From NCBI GenBank assembly GCA_050252455.1, contig JBFWKW010000003.1:13699-77698 (forward strand): a DNA stretch of 64,000 nucleotides, written 5' to 3'. The stretch is from Campylobacterales bacterium. GTDB taxonomy: Bacteria > Campylobacterota > Campylobacteria > Campylobacterales > UBA6016. The notes under the pieces were generated by a model that saw nothing but the letters and a program-made list of their open reading frames with translations, was not told the origin of the DNA and ran no database searches. The position numbers and the translations under genes are program-made. This document shows, one piece after another, positions 19,027-28,841 of this stretch; within the stretch, counting starts at the first letter, position 1, and every line of letters starts with the position of its first letter.

Positions 19027-19851
19027 ATGTGTAAAGATTGCGGCTGCACTATAGCTGGGGGAAAACACTCCCACGAACATACTCACGGCGACGGACATAC
19101 GCATTCGCATGACCATAACCACGACGGCGAACACGGACACGGGCATCATCATGACCATGGACATCACGAACATCTACACCAAAATCCGCAGCTAAATGAT
19201 AAAAAAACGATAGCGGTTATAACGAAAATATTGGATGAAAACGATCGCGAAGCAGCCGGAAACAGGGAGCACTTCAATGAAGCAAACGTGCTTGCCGTAA
19301 ATCTTATGAGCTCTCCGGGAAGTGGTAAAACTAGCCTGCTTGAAAAGACGATAGAGGAAGGCTCTTTAAAAATAGCCGTTATAGAGGGTGACCTTGAAAC
19401 AAATAAGGACGCCGATAGGATAAAAGCCAAAGGCGCCGCGGCTTATCAAATAACCACAGGGACGGCATGTCATCTTGATGCTCATATGGTGCATCATGCA
19501 CTCCATGAGCTACCGATAAATGGCTCCGATATAGTATTTATAGAAAATGTAGGGAATCTAGTTTGTCCGGCCAGTTATGACCTTGGAGCACATATCAACG
19601 TGGTGCTTCTCTCAATTCCCGAGGGCGCCGATAAAATCCAAAAATACCCTGTAATGTTCCGTGCGGCAGACTTAATAGTCTTTACAAAGTGTGATTTGTT
19701 GCCGCATTTTGATTTTGATATGAAAGAGGCAAAAGAGGATGCAAGACGTTTGAATCCAAAAGCCGACATATTGGAAGTGTCTACAAAAGACGATGCGAGC
19801 GTACAAAAATGGATAAATTATCTAAAAATGAAAAAAGAGCTTAGGGGTTAA
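19027..19851 (+). CDS. hypB: Hydrogenase nickel-insertion GTPase HypB
   Basis: N-terminal CKDCGC, His-rich linker, SSPGSGKT, ACHLDA, ENVGNLVCP. Confidence 0.96.
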   Translation: MCKDCGCTIAGGKHSHEHTHGDGHTHSHDHNHDGEHGHGHHHDHGHHEHLHQNPQLNDKKTIAVITKILDENDREAAGNREHFNEANVLAVNLMSSPGSGKTSLLEKTIEEGSLKIAVIEGDLETNKDADRIKAKGAAAYQITTGTACHLDAHMVHHALHELPINGSDIVFIENVGNLVCPASYDLGAHINVVLLSIPEGADKIQKYPVMFRAADLIVFTKCDLLPHFDFDMKEAKEDARRLNPKADILEVSTKDDASVQKWINYLKMKKELRG

Positions 19852-19853
19852 AT

Positions 19854-20111
19854 ATGTGTCTGTCGATACCTTCAAAAGTCGTTTCGCTAAACGACGACAA
19901 TATGGCTACGGTTGATACTCTCGGCGTAGAGAGGGTTGTAAGTCTGGACTTAATGCCGGAACCCCTCAATATCGGTGATTACGTGTTGATACATATCGGA
20001 TATGCCATAAATAAAATAGACGAAGAGAGTGCTCTACTTAGTATCGAAACCTTTAAAGAGATAATAGCCCAGATGGATGAGGAAGAGAGACGAGAGGCGA
20101 TTGGTGAATAG
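19854..20111 (+). CDS. hypC: HypC chaperone
   Basis: MCLSIP and GDYVLIHIGYA. Confidence 0.96.
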   Translation: MCLSIPSKVVSLNDDNMATVDTLGVERVVSLDLMPEPLNIGDYVLIHIGYAINKIDEESALLSIETFKEIIAQMDEEERREAIGE

Positions 20112-21231
20112 CCTGGTTGACTTTTCCGTTCTTTTTGACGGGTTTAGAGACAAAGAAACGATATTTGCACTAAAACGGAAGATATCCGCCGATGCAAAAA
20201 AACTAAAAGAAAAGCTATACATCATGGAGGTTTGCGGAGGGCATACTCATACCATAATGAAATACGGCATAAATCAAATGATGCCTGACAATATTGAGTT
20301 TGTTCACGGCCCCGGATGTCCGGTGTGTATCATGCCAAAAAATCGAATAGACGCCGCAATAGCCTTGGCTCAAATGAAAGACACGATACTTGTGACTTTG
20401 GGTGATATGATAAGAGTTCCCGGCTCCAAGCAGTCGCTATCGCAAGTCAGAGGCGACGGTGCGGACGTGCGTTTTGTTTATTCCCCCACCGAAATACTAA
20501 AAATAGCAGAACAAAATCCGGATAAAAAAATCATATATTTTGCGATAGGTTTTGAGACTACGACCCCGATGACGGCTGCTATCATGGATAGGGGTGTTAG
20601 AGCCGGGCTTACAAATATATATTATGCAATCAATCACGTGACGGTTCCGGAGCCTATGTGTGCAATAATGGATGATGCTGAGACGAAGGTAAATGCGTTT
20701 TTGGCGCCTGCGCATGTGAGCGTTATTACCGGCGCAAAAATATATGAGCCTATATCAAAAAAATATGGCGTACCAATAATGGCCGCAGGTTTTGAGCCGG
20801 TCGATATTATGCAGGCTATCTCTATGCTTGTAGCTCAGAAGATAGAAGGTAGAGCTGAAACCGAGATAGAGTATACGAGAAGTGTCGGAGTGGAGCCAAA
20901 TCCCAAGGCTGCAGAATTGATACAAAGATATATGGAAGTTGATGATTTTTTCATTTGGCGAGGCATTGGACCCATCCCAAAAAGTTCACTCAAAATAAGA
21001 GATGAATTTGCCAATCTGGATGCGTACAAAGTATTTGCGGATGTATTGCCAAAGGATTCCTCGGAAGATCATAAAGCTTGCATATGCGGAGAGGTGCTAA
21101 AAGGAAAGGCAAAGCCTTATGATTGCAAAGTCTTTGGAAAAGCTTGCACGCCTACTTCGCCGCTTGGTTCTTGCATGGTTAGCTCGGAGGGGGCATGTGC
21201 GGCATATTTTAAATACGGAAAATCTATATGA
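20104..21231 (+). CDS. hypD: HypD
   Basis: MEVCGGHT, GPGCPVC, GFETT, CMVSSEGAC; likely GTG start at 20104. Confidence 0.96.
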   Translation: MNSLVDFSVLFDGFRDKETIFALKRKISADAKKLKEKLYIMEVCGGHTHTIMKYGINQMMPDNIEFVHGPGCPVCIMPKNRIDAAIALAQMKDTILVTLGDMIRVPGSKQSLSQVRGDGADVRFVYSPTEILKIAEQNPDKKIIYFAIGFETTTPMTAAIMDRGVRAGLTNIYYAINHVTVPEPMCAIMDDAETKVNAFLAPAHVSVITGAKIYEPISKKYGVPIMAAGFEPVDIMQAISMLVAQKIEGRAETEIEYTRSVGVEPNPKAAELIQRYMEVDDFFIWRGIGPIPKSSLKIRDEFANLDAYKVFADVLPKDSSEDHKACICGEVLKGKAKPYDCKVFGKACTPTSPLGSCMVSSEGACAAYFKYGKSI

Positions 21232-22223
21232 AAAAAATTACCTTGGCGCATGGCAGCGGCGGCGTAGAGTCAAATAAATTAATAGGCGAAGTTTTTTTCT
21301 CAAGACTAAAAAACGATATTTTGCTCTCAAGTGAGGATGCTGCGGTATTCAAGATAGACGGTAAAACAGCCTTTACGACAGATAGCTTTATCGTTAGCCC
21401 GATATTTTTTGCCGGCGGAGATATAGGAAAAATAGCCGTGTGCGGTAGCTGCAACGACCTGGCTATGATGGGCGCAAAACCTAAATATCTATCGCTCTCT
21501 TTGATTATTGAAGAGGGGTTTGAGCTAGAGGATTTGGAGCGAATAGCCGATTCCATAGCAAAAGAGCTAGCCGTCAATGGGGCAATGGTTGTAACCGGAG
21601 ATACCAAGATAGCTCCGAGAGGGAGTGTCGATAAAATATTTATTAATACATCTGCCGTCGGCGAGGTAGTTTTTGACGGGCTTAGCTGTAAAAACCTAAG
21701 AGCAGGCGATAAAATAATAGTATCTAGAAGCATAGGCGAACACGGCGCTGCAATATTTTCGGCAAGAGAGGGAATAGAGCTTACGAGTGCGCTCAAAAGC
21801 GACTGCGCTTCTATGTGGCCGACCGTTGAAAAGCTACTTGGCACAAAAACGGAGATTATAGCTCTAAGGGATGCCACTCGCGGAGGCGTTGCGGCAGTAC
21901 TTAATGAGTGGTGCGCAAGCTCCGGTATCTCTATGGATATCAACGAAGATGCATTTACTGTACTTTCCGAGGTTGCCGGAGTGTGTGAACTTCTAGGATT
22001 TGAACCTTTTAGTCTTGCCAATGAAGGCACCTTTGTGATGGCTGTTCGCGGCGATGAAAGCGAAGTTCTTGGCATACTAAAAGGCGAAGAGTTTACAAAA
22101 AATGCCGCTTTGGTGGGCGAGGTAGTAGCTGACGGCAAAAATAGGGTTGTGCTACGAAACGGTTACGGTACACGAAGGATTTTGGAGTATCCAACCGGCG
22201 AATTGCTTCCGAGAATTTGCTAA
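21228..22223 (+). CDS. hypE: HypE
   Basis: AHGSGG, TTDSF, RDATRGG, ANEG, C-terminal PRIC. Confidence 0.96.
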   Translation: MKKITLAHGSGGVESNKLIGEVFFSRLKNDILLSSEDAAVFKIDGKTAFTTDSFIVSPIFFAGGDIGKIAVCGSCNDLAMMGAKPKYLSLSLIIEEGFELEDLERIADSIAKELAVNGAMVVTGDTKIAPRGSVDKIFINTSAVGEVVFDGLSCKNLRAGDKIIVSRSIGEHGAAIFSAREGIELTSALKSDCASMWPTVEKLLGTKTEIIALRDATRGGVAAVLNEWCASSGISMDINEDAFTVLSEVAGVCELLGFEPFSLANEGTFVMAVRGDESEVLGILKGEEFTKNAALVGEVVADGKNRVVLRNGYGTRRILEYPTGELLPRIC

Positions 22224-22564
22224 TGCATGAATATTCTATAGTCCAAAATCTACTTGATTTGTGTGAACAAAACGCCCATGAAAATAATGCTACAAAAGTG
22301 CACAAAGTTGTAATCGGCATCGGAGAGATGAGCTCCGTGGAGCCGCAGCTGCTTAAGACGGCGTTTGATACTTTCAAGCTAGACACGATAGCCTCGGATG
22401 CCTTGATGGAAATCCAAAGAACCCCTTTGAAGGCTGAATGTTTTGATTGCTCTGCCGATTTTGTCCCGACTATGTCAAATTTTTTGTGCCCCAAGTGTGG
22501 CTCGGCCAATACAAAATTAATAAGCGGAGACGAGCTTTTACTTTTAAGTTTGGAAATTGAATAA
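22223..22564 (+). CDS. hypA: HypA nickel chaperone
   Basis: MHEYS start (TAATG overlap with hypE); two CxxC motifs. Confidence 0.95.
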   Translation: MHEYSIVQNLLDLCEQNAHENNATKVHKVVIGIGEMSSVEPQLLKTAFDTFKLDTIASDALMEIQRTPLKAECFDCSADFVPTMSNFLCPKCGSANTKLISGDELLLLSLEIE

Positions 22565-22605
22565 TAGAGCCCATATTTAAGACCACCTAGGGAGGGTGCC
22601 TTGCT

Positions 22606-22791
22606 ATGATAGACAATGATGAAGAGTATGCAAAAGGCGAGATTGCAAAGCCTCAAAAAGAGAAAAAAGTAGAACGCGAAGAGTCGATAGAAGACCTCGA
22701 TAGTCTCAAAAAACTAGAGCCTATGTATAAAGGCGCCAATGCAATAAAGGCTTTTTTGAATAAAAAAGGGAAGACGAGCGGTAAAAAATAG
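22606..22791 (+). CDS. Small charged hypothetical protein
   Basis: 61 aa, GGGAGG SD upstream, fills the hypA-hup gap. Confidence 0.55.
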   Translation: MIDNDEEYAKGEIAKPQKEKKVEREESIEDLDSLKKLEPMYKGANAIKAFLNKKGKTSGKK

Positions 22792-22875
22792 CTTCAAAAA
22801 GTAATCATTTTCTTACAAATAGCTTAAGAATACCGAACTTATAGCCATTTTTGTGAAAAATTTTATCATTACCCC

Positions 22876-22903
22876 TTGATTTCATTGGTTTTTATGCTAG
22901 AAT
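22876..22903 (+). promoter_or_regulatory. Sigma70 promoter of hup
   Basis: TTGATT-N16-TAGAAT with extended TG. Confidence 0.5.
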
Positions 22904-22940
22904 ATAACCGCATTACATTAATTTACAGAGGAGACGTCCT

Positions 22941-23249
22941 ATGAATAAGGCTGAATTCATCTCTATGGTTGCCGCTAAAGCCGGTACTTCAAAAAAAGAT
23001 TCTGAAGCGAATCTAAACGCAATACTAGCGGTAATCTCTGAGACTCTTGCAAAAGGTCAAGATGTTCCGTTTATAGGTTTCGGTACTTTTAAAGTTGTAA
23101 AAAGACCTGAGAGAATGGGAAGAAACCCAGGAACTGGTCAAACTATTAAAATACCTGCTACAAAAGCTGTTACTTTCAAAGTAGGCGCTAAACTTAAAGA
23201 AGCTGTAGCTGGTAAAAAAGCTCCTGCTGCTAAAGCTAAAAAAAAGTAA
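22941..23249 (+). CDS. hup: DNA-binding protein HU
   Basis: MNKAEFI, GFGTF, RMGRNPGTG..IKIPA; short K/A-rich tail. Confidence 0.96.
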   Translation: MNKAEFISMVAAKAGTSKKDSEANLNAILAVISETLAKGQDVPFIGFGTFKVVKRPERMGRNPGTGQTIKIPATKAVTFKVGAKLKEAVAGKKAPAAKAKKK

Positions 23250-23258
23250 TTTAACTTT

Positions 23259-23290
23259 CTAGGCGGGCTTGCCCGTCTAGTTTATACTTT
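23259..23290. terminator. Intrinsic terminator between the convergent hup and cytochrome c genes
   Basis: CTAGGCGGG-CTTG-CCCGTCTAG stem followed by TTTATACTTT. Confidence 0.7.
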
Positions 23291-23633
23291 GTGCATTCGC
23301 CTTTGATAGGTAATATATCAAAGCCTCTACTTCATTATCCGTCAAAAAATATTCCGGCATAACACTTCTTTTCTTGCTATACTTAAGACTGTTTTTTATC
23401 TCTGTAAAAGAGCTCTTTGAGATTTTTGGGGCAATAATTTGGATTGTCTTATTATTTTTTTTGTAGTTTCCTAGATTCATGCCTTCGCCATATTTGCCGT
23501 GGCATTTGTCGCATCCTACGCCTCTAGGATTTTTGTATAACATTTCCCCGTATTCATAATTGTTTATAAATGACTCAGAGTGAGCCACGTTGAAAGCCAA
23601 AATAATGGCAAAAACAGACCTTGTCAAACCCAC
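23277..23633 (-). CDS. Periplasmic monoheme c-type cytochrome
   Basis: Signal peptide, CDKCH, distal VMP; divergent from folD as in Campylobacter. Confidence 0.85.
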   Translation of the reverse strand: MGLTRSVFAIILAFNVAHSESFINNYEYGEMLYKNPRGVGCDKCHGKYGEGMNLGNYKKNNKTIQIIAPKISKSSFTEIKNSLKYSKKRSVMPEYFLTDNEVEALIYYLSKANAQSIN

Positions 23634-23691
23634 GCCCTCAAAGCAAAATTATCCTATAATACAGTAGTTTAGCTTGATTTAAAGGAAGCGC

Positions 23692-24528
23692 GTGGAGCTT
23701 TTGGACGGTAAAAAACTCTCATCAAAAATAAAAGAAAATCTAAAAAAAGAGACTGCAAAATTCATAGAAGAAAAAGGTGTTACTCCCGGTCTTGCCGTGA
23801 TACTGGTCGGTAATGACCCGGCGAGTCACGCTTACGTGTCTATGAAGGCAAAAGCTTGCAAAGAGGTGGGCATATATAGCGTCACACACGAGATGCCGGA
23901 TACCGTGACGGAAGCCGATATCCTCTCTACAATTCAGATGATAAACGACAATCCAAAAATCCACGGTCTTCTAGTTCAGCTGCCGCTTCCTAGCCATGTG
24001 GACTCTACAAAAATACTAGAGGCGATAGCCCCTTCAAAAGACGTTGATGGTTTCCACCCGTTTAATCTCGGTCGTTTGGTTGCAGGGCTTGATACTTTTG
24101 TCCCTTGCACGCCGCTTGGTGTTATGGAGCTTCTTGCCGAACACAATGTCGACGTCAAAGGCAAAGATTGCGTGGTTGTCGGAGCCAGCAATATAGTAGG
24201 CAAGCCGATGGCAAGTCTTCTGTTAAATGCCGGGGCTACCGTAGATATATGCCACATACTTACAAAAGACCTTGCCGCTCATACCAAAAGGGCAGATATG
24301 GTTTTTGTCGGAGTCGGCAAACCAAATCTAATAACCGCAGATATGATAAAAGAGGGTGCCGTAGTAGTGGATATAGGCATTAATAGAGTGGGTGACAAAC
24401 TTGTAGGCGACGTGGCAGAAGATGCTACCGCAAAATGCTCGTATATCACCCCCGTACCGGGCGGTGTGGGCCCAATGACAATCGCCATGCTACTATCCAA
24501 TACGCTAAAGGCTGCAAAAAGCATATGA
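23692..24528 (+). CDS. folD: Methylenetetrahydrofolate dehydrogenase/cyclohydrolase
   Basis: LVQLPLP, KDVDGFHP, PCTPLG, TPVPGGVGPMT. Confidence 0.97.
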   Translation: MELLDGKKLSSKIKENLKKETAKFIEEKGVTPGLAVILVGNDPASHAYVSMKAKACKEVGIYSVTHEMPDTVTEADILSTIQMINDNPKIHGLLVQLPLPSHVDSTKILEAIAPSKDVDGFHPFNLGRLVAGLDTFVPCTPLGVMELLAEHNVDVKGKDCVVVGASNIVGKPMASLLLNAGATVDICHILTKDLAAHTKRADMVFVGVGKPNLITADMIKEGAVVVDIGINRVGDKLVGDVAEDATAKCSYITPVPGGVGPMTIAMLLSNTLKAAKSI

Positions 24529-25385
24529 AAGAAAACCTACTAAAACTGTATAAATTTTCAAATAGCTGGACTGGCACTATCATCATAGTGTTGCTTGTCG
24601 TATTTTTTGTCGCGCAAGCGTTCGTAATCCCGTCAGGTTCGATGATAAGGACGCTTCTGATAGGCGACCACCTTTTTGTCAAAAAATTTGCATACGGCGT
24701 CCCTACGCCCCACATCCCGTTCCTTGAAATCCCGTTGGTTCCAAATCACGACGGACACCTGATAGAGGGCGAGAGACCAAAGAGAGGCGATATAGTAATT
24801 TTCCGATATCCGCTTAACGAAAAAGTCCACTTCGTAAAAAGATGCGTTGCGGTAGACGGAGATGAGCTATTTTTTCATAATCAAGACCTATATCTGCATC
24901 CAAACGAGGGCGATGAGTATGCAAAGACAAACTTTAAAGGCTATGAACTTGTGTCCATAGGCGGTAAGCTATGGGTTAAAAATCCGTACCAAAATGAGCA
25001 CAAAGGGATTCATTACGACAACAAAAAACTATCTTCCAGTATCGATGATATAGGTTTTGATAAAAAATATTTGGATCCAAAAGAGTATTATGCCGCAGCG
25101 GCCGGATCTGAGCAGGTTTATGAAACCGCATTTACCGTGCTTGACGCAGAAGAGGTGAGGCTTAGAAAGTATTTTTTTGGTCCAATAAAACTGGGTAAAG
25201 ATAGATTTTTTATGATGGGTGACAACCGCGACAACTCCGCAGACAGCAGATATTGGGGTCCCGTGTCATATCCTCAAGTTGTCGGCAAGCCGTGGTTTAT
25301 ATATTTTAGCTGGGATAACGACTATCTAATCAGATGGGAGAGGATAGGCAAAACAATAGAGACTTTAGAGGGCGAGCTAAAATAA
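24525..25385 (+). CDS. lepB: Signal peptidase I
   Basis: IPSGSM, FVKRC, MGDNRDNSADSRYWG; ATGA overlap with folD. Confidence 0.95.
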   Translation: MKENLLKLYKFSNSWTGTIIIVLLVVFFVAQAFVIPSGSMIRTLLIGDHLFVKKFAYGVPTPHIPFLEIPLVPNHDGHLIEGERPKRGDIVIFRYPLNEKVHFVKRCVAVDGDELFFHNQDLYLHPNEGDEYAKTNFKGYELVSIGGKLWVKNPYQNEHKGIHYDNKKLSSSIDDIGFDKKYLDPKEYYAAAAGSEQVYETAFTVLDAEEVRLRKYFFGPIKLGKDRFFMMGDNRDNSADSRYWGPVSYPQVVGKPWFIYFSWDNDYLIRWERIGKTIETLEGELK

Positions 25386-25386
25386 G

Positions 25387-26025
25387 GTGTTTGATTTTAC
25401 CGAGTTTGATCCGCTAAAAGCCGTAGCGATAATCGCAGCCCTTATGGTTGCAATTATCGGGCATGAGATAATGCACGGGTATGTTGCATATAAGTACGGA
25501 GACAATACCGCAAAGCATGAGGGTAGACTCTCTATAAACCCCATTATCCATATAGACCCGATAGGTTCGATAGCCGTTCCGTTGCTTCTTTTTGTTTCAG
25601 GCTCTCCGTTTTTATTCGGATGGGCAAAACCTGTACCGGTCAATATGTGGACGGTTATGCGAAACGGCGGATATAACGGTGCGATAGCGGTATCTTTGGC
25701 CGGAATAATCTACAATCTTTTTATGGCCGTTATTGCGTCCTTGCTTCTTGGTTTTATGCAAAACGACGGTTTGCTGACTATGACTCTTTACTATTTGGTC
25801 TTATACAACGTTATTTTAGCGGTGTTTAACCTCTGGCCGATACCGCCGCTTGACGGCTCAAATGCCCTTGGATTTTTGGGAAGAAAATACGGTATTAACG
25901 CAATAGATGAGTTCAATGAAAAAGTCGGCAGATATGGGATGATTATCCTCATTATTATACTTGCCACTCCGCTTGTCGGTATTTTTATGCTCCCTGCGCA
26001 CCTTTTGCTTTCTATTTTGTTATAA
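25387..26025 (+). CDS. Site-2 protease (M50) family metalloprotease
   Basis: HEIMH and FNLWPIPPLDG. Confidence 0.92.
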   Translation: MFDFTEFDPLKAVAIIAALMVAIIGHEIMHGYVAYKYGDNTAKHEGRLSINPIIHIDPIGSIAVPLLLFVSGSPFLFGWAKPVPVNMWTVMRNGGYNGAIAVSLAGIIYNLFMAVIASLLLGFMQNDGLLTMTLYYLVLYNVILAVFNLWPIPPLDGSNALGFLGRKYGINAIDEFNEKVGRYGMIILIIILATPLVGIFMLPAHLLLSILL

Positions 26026-26026
26026 T
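26018..26026 (+). promoter_or_regulatory. Extended -10 promoter for the DUF2892 gene
   Basis: TGTTATAAT, 30 bp above an ATG with an AAGGAG SD. Confidence 0.5.
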
Positions 26027-26056
26027 CAATAGATTTTCAAACAAAGGAGCCATCTT

Positions 26057-26281
26057 ATGAAGAAGAATGTGGGTGGAATTGACAAAAAAGCAAGGATGAT
26101 AATTGGTGCTCTGCTCGTGCTTGTGGGCACCGTCGGTATTCAGAGTATAGTCGTGACTATCGTCGGTCTTGTGGTGATGGGGACTGGGGTATTCGGTTTT
26201 TGCGGTCTTTATAGCTTGCTAGGGATTAACACGGCTTGCAAAATAGCTCCAAAAGATGGCGAGAAAAAAGAGGGGGAATAA
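26057..26281 (+). CDS. DUF2892/YgaP-like membrane protein
   Basis: KNVGGID..R..G, two TM segments, FCGLYSLLGINT. Confidence 0.85.
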   Translation: MKKNVGGIDKKARMIIGALLVLVGTVGIQSIVVTIVGLVVMGTGVFGFCGLYSLLGINTACKIAPKDGEKKEGE

Positions 26282-26292
26282 AGTCCCCTTTT
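26271..26292. terminator. Weak bidirectional terminator
   Basis: AGGGGGA-ATAAAG-TCCCCTT with flanking A/T runs between convergent genes. Confidence 0.4.
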
Positions 26293-26302
26293 GGTTTGGC
26301 TT

Positions 26303-27427
26303 TTAGTAGCCAAACCAGTGTTTTATCTTATCAAATAGCCCTTCGTATTCGCTCTCGCTTTGCTTCCCCTCAAATCCAAAACTCTCATGCAGTTTTTTTA
26401 CAATCTCTTTTTGCTCATCCGTTAGCTTTGTCGGCTTAACTATTTTGATTTGGACGATAAAACTACCGTTTCGTTTTGAGCGGACATTTGGTGCGCCCTC
26501 GTTTTTGAATACGAATTGCTCTTTGTCTTTTGTATCGGGCTTTAGTTTTAGCTCCAGCTCGCCTCTAAGCCCAGGGAATTTGATGGTTTCCCCAAGAAGT
26601 GTCTGAGTGAAGAATACGGGAACTTCTAGATATACGTCGTCACCGTCTCTGACATATTTTTTGTCCTCTTTGACGCTAATTACGATATACAGGTCGCCTC
26701 TTGCGCCGCTTTTTGATAGATTTCCTCGTCCCGCTACTCTGATTCTATTTTGATCGTCAACGCCCGCAGGAATATCCACAGTAATCGTCTCTTCAATCTC
26801 TTCGTATCCGTTGCCTTTGCATTTTGGGCATTTTTCTTTGACTATTTCGCCCTCTCCGCCGCATTTTGGGCATGTTTGGGAGAATGTCATAAACCCTTGT
26901 CTTAGATATACCTGCCCACTACCGCCACAATCAGGGCATTGTGTTCTTTTGCCGTCTTTGGCTCCGCTGCCGCTGCACTCTGCGCAAGGTTTTTTGTATT
27001 TATACTTTACTTCTTGCTTGCAACCAAATATCGCCTCGGTAAACTCTATCGTCGCAGATACCGCCATGTCAAGGTTGTATCTGTCTTGCTTTGCCCTTTT
27101 GCCGCCGCTTCTGGAGCCACCACCGAAGAATGAATCAAATATAGAGTCGAAATCTCCAAAATCAAATCCAAAGCCGCCTGAGCCGCCGCCGCCCATTTGA
27201 CCTTCTAGCCCTTTTTTGCCGTATCTGTCATATATGGCTCTTTTGTTTTCGTCGCTTAGTACCTGATATGCTTCGTTAATTGCTTTGAATTTCTCTTCTG
27301 CATCAGCGTCCCCTTGATTTTTATCCGGGTGATACTTCATCGCCATTTTTCTATATGCTTTCTTGAGCTCGTCTTGGCTTGCCGTCTTTTCCACTTCCAA
27401 AAGCTCGTAATAACATATCTCTATCAT
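26303..27427 (-). CDS. dnaJ: Chaperone DnaJ
   Basis: HPD J-domain, G/F region, four CxxCxGxG repeats; ATG 27427. Confidence 0.97.
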   Translation of the reverse strand: MIEICYYELLEVEKTASQDELKKAYRKMAMKYHPDKNQGDADAEEKFKAINEAYQVLSDENKRAIYDRYGKKGLEGQMGGGGSGGFGFDFGDFDSIFDSFFGGGSRSGGKRAKQDRYNLDMAVSATIEFTEAIFGCKQEVKYKYKKPCAECSGSGAKDGKRTQCPDCGGSGQVYLRQGFMTFSQTCPKCGGEGEIVKEKCPKCKGNGYEEIEETITVDIPAGVDDQNRIRVAGRGNLSKSGARGDLYIVISVKEDKKYVRDGDDVYLEVPVFFTQTLLGETIKFPGLRGELELKLKPDTKDKEQFVFKNEGAPNVRSKRNGSFIVQIKIVKPTKLTDEQKEIVKKLHESFGFEGKQSESEYEGLFDKIKHWFGY

Positions 27428-27510
27428 TCTCAAACCTCTAGAAAATTTTTTGCGAATTTTACCAAAACGGGGCATAAGGTTTTAAATAATTATCCTGTAA
27501 TATCCGGCTC

Positions 27511-28080
27511 ATGAAAAAGTCTAGCACTAAATTTGCGGAACTAGTAGATTTGTTTGCCGCACTCCCTACCGTAGGCCGAAAAAGCGCCTTTAAAATAGCC
27601 TATCACCTCCTATTTGAAGACAACTTCAAAGCCGTCAAGCTCTCTCATCTTGTCGAAGAGGCCGTTCGGAGCGTTCAAAAGTGTGAAGTGTGCGGAAACA
27701 TCACCGAAGATGAGATATGCCACATCTGCGCCGATGAAGAGAGGGATGAAAAAAGACTTTGTATCGTATCAAGCGCAAAAGATATTTTCTCACTAGAGCT
27801 TAGCGGCGGATATGACGGCAGATACTTTGTCTTTGAGGAGATGAGGGCTACGCTAGTCGATAGGCTAGAAGAGTGCGTAAAAGGCGGGGTGGAAGAGGTG
27901 ATATTTGCCTTTACGCCGTCCGTTGAGAGTGACGGGCTTATCGTTTACCTGGAAGACAGGCTCTCAAAATACGATACGACGTTCACAAAGATAGCGCACG
28001 GGGTGCCGACTGGGGTTGCGTTTGAAAATATCGACACCGTATCGTTGGCTCGCGCGATAGAGTCCAGGGTAAAAGCCTAG
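27511..28080 (+). CDS. recR: Recombination protein RecR
   Basis: LPTVGRKSA HhH, C4 zinc finger, Toprim region, IAHGVPTG. Confidence 0.95.
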   Translation: MKKSSTKFAELVDLFAALPTVGRKSAFKIAYHLLFEDNFKAVKLSHLVEEAVRSVQKCEVCGNITEDEICHICADEERDEKRLCIVSSAKDIFSLELSGGYDGRYFVFEEMRATLVDRLEECVKGGVEEVIFAFTPSVESDGLIVYLEDRLSKYDTTFTKIAHGVPTGVAFENIDTVSLARAIESRVKA

Positions 28081-28841
28081 AGCTCGTCGCTCAGCGCACC
28101 GTATGTTTCGGCGCTTTTTATATGACCTTTTATCCCTTCAAAGCTTGCCGTAACTTTCGTAAGCCTCTTATCAAATCCTTCCGTTTTTACTTTTAGAGCG
28201 TTGTCATTTTGTGCCCTTTTGTCGCTTTCCGATTTGTCCGAGAAGATAGAAGTTGCCTTGGATAGTAGCTGGTCGCCGGAGCTATAATATTGGGATATTG
28301 CCATGCTGACGGCTATCAGCCCTGCGGCTCCGTCTTTGAGTCTAACAAGGCTTAGTTTTGCCTCTTCAAGGTCGTTTTGTAGTACGGCTGAGGCGTATTT
28401 TCTAGCTTCTTGAAGTTTTTGAGAGCTTTTTGTCGTCTCATATGCCGTTAGTTTGGCGTCAAATTCGGCTGCCGATACGCTCAGCTTGCCGACGGATTTT
28501 GAAGCGTTGCTTGCAAGAGCGGTCATTTTGGTGCCAAAAGCTGCCGATGAAGATATCTGTCCGGCGTACGGGATAGGCATATATTTGATTACCAGTGATG
28601 CCGTAGAAGCCGCACTGATATACTTGGAGTATTCTGCTGTGTAAGCGTTGAGGAAGTTGATATAAGAGGCCATCTCGGAATATTCGGTTTTGAAAGTAGA
28701 TAGCGAGTTTCTAGCGTTTTTGAGCGCGTCATACTCCCTTTGTTCCAATTTTGCTTTGTCAAAACAGTTTTTTGGCTGCTCGCTCACGGCGCATCCGGCA
28801 AATAAAAACAGCGCCAATACCGAAAATATAACGTTTCTCAT
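28077..28841 (-). CDS. Hypothetical all-helical lipoprotein
   Basis: Lipobox FAGC; amphipathic helices; ATGA overlap with the mltA stop. Confidence 0.75.
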   Translation of the reverse strand: MRNVIFSVLALFLFAGCAVSEQPKNCFDKAKLEQREYDALKNARNSLSTFKTEYSEMASYINFLNAYTAEYSKYISAASTASLVIKYMPIPYAGQISSSAAFGTKMTALASNASKSVGKLSVSAAEFDAKLTAYETTKSSQKLQEARKYASAVLQNDLEEAKLSLVRLKDGAAGLIAVSMAISQYYSSGDQLLSKATSIFSDKSESDKRAQNDNALKVKTEGFDKRLTKVTASFEGIKGHIKSAETYGALSDEL

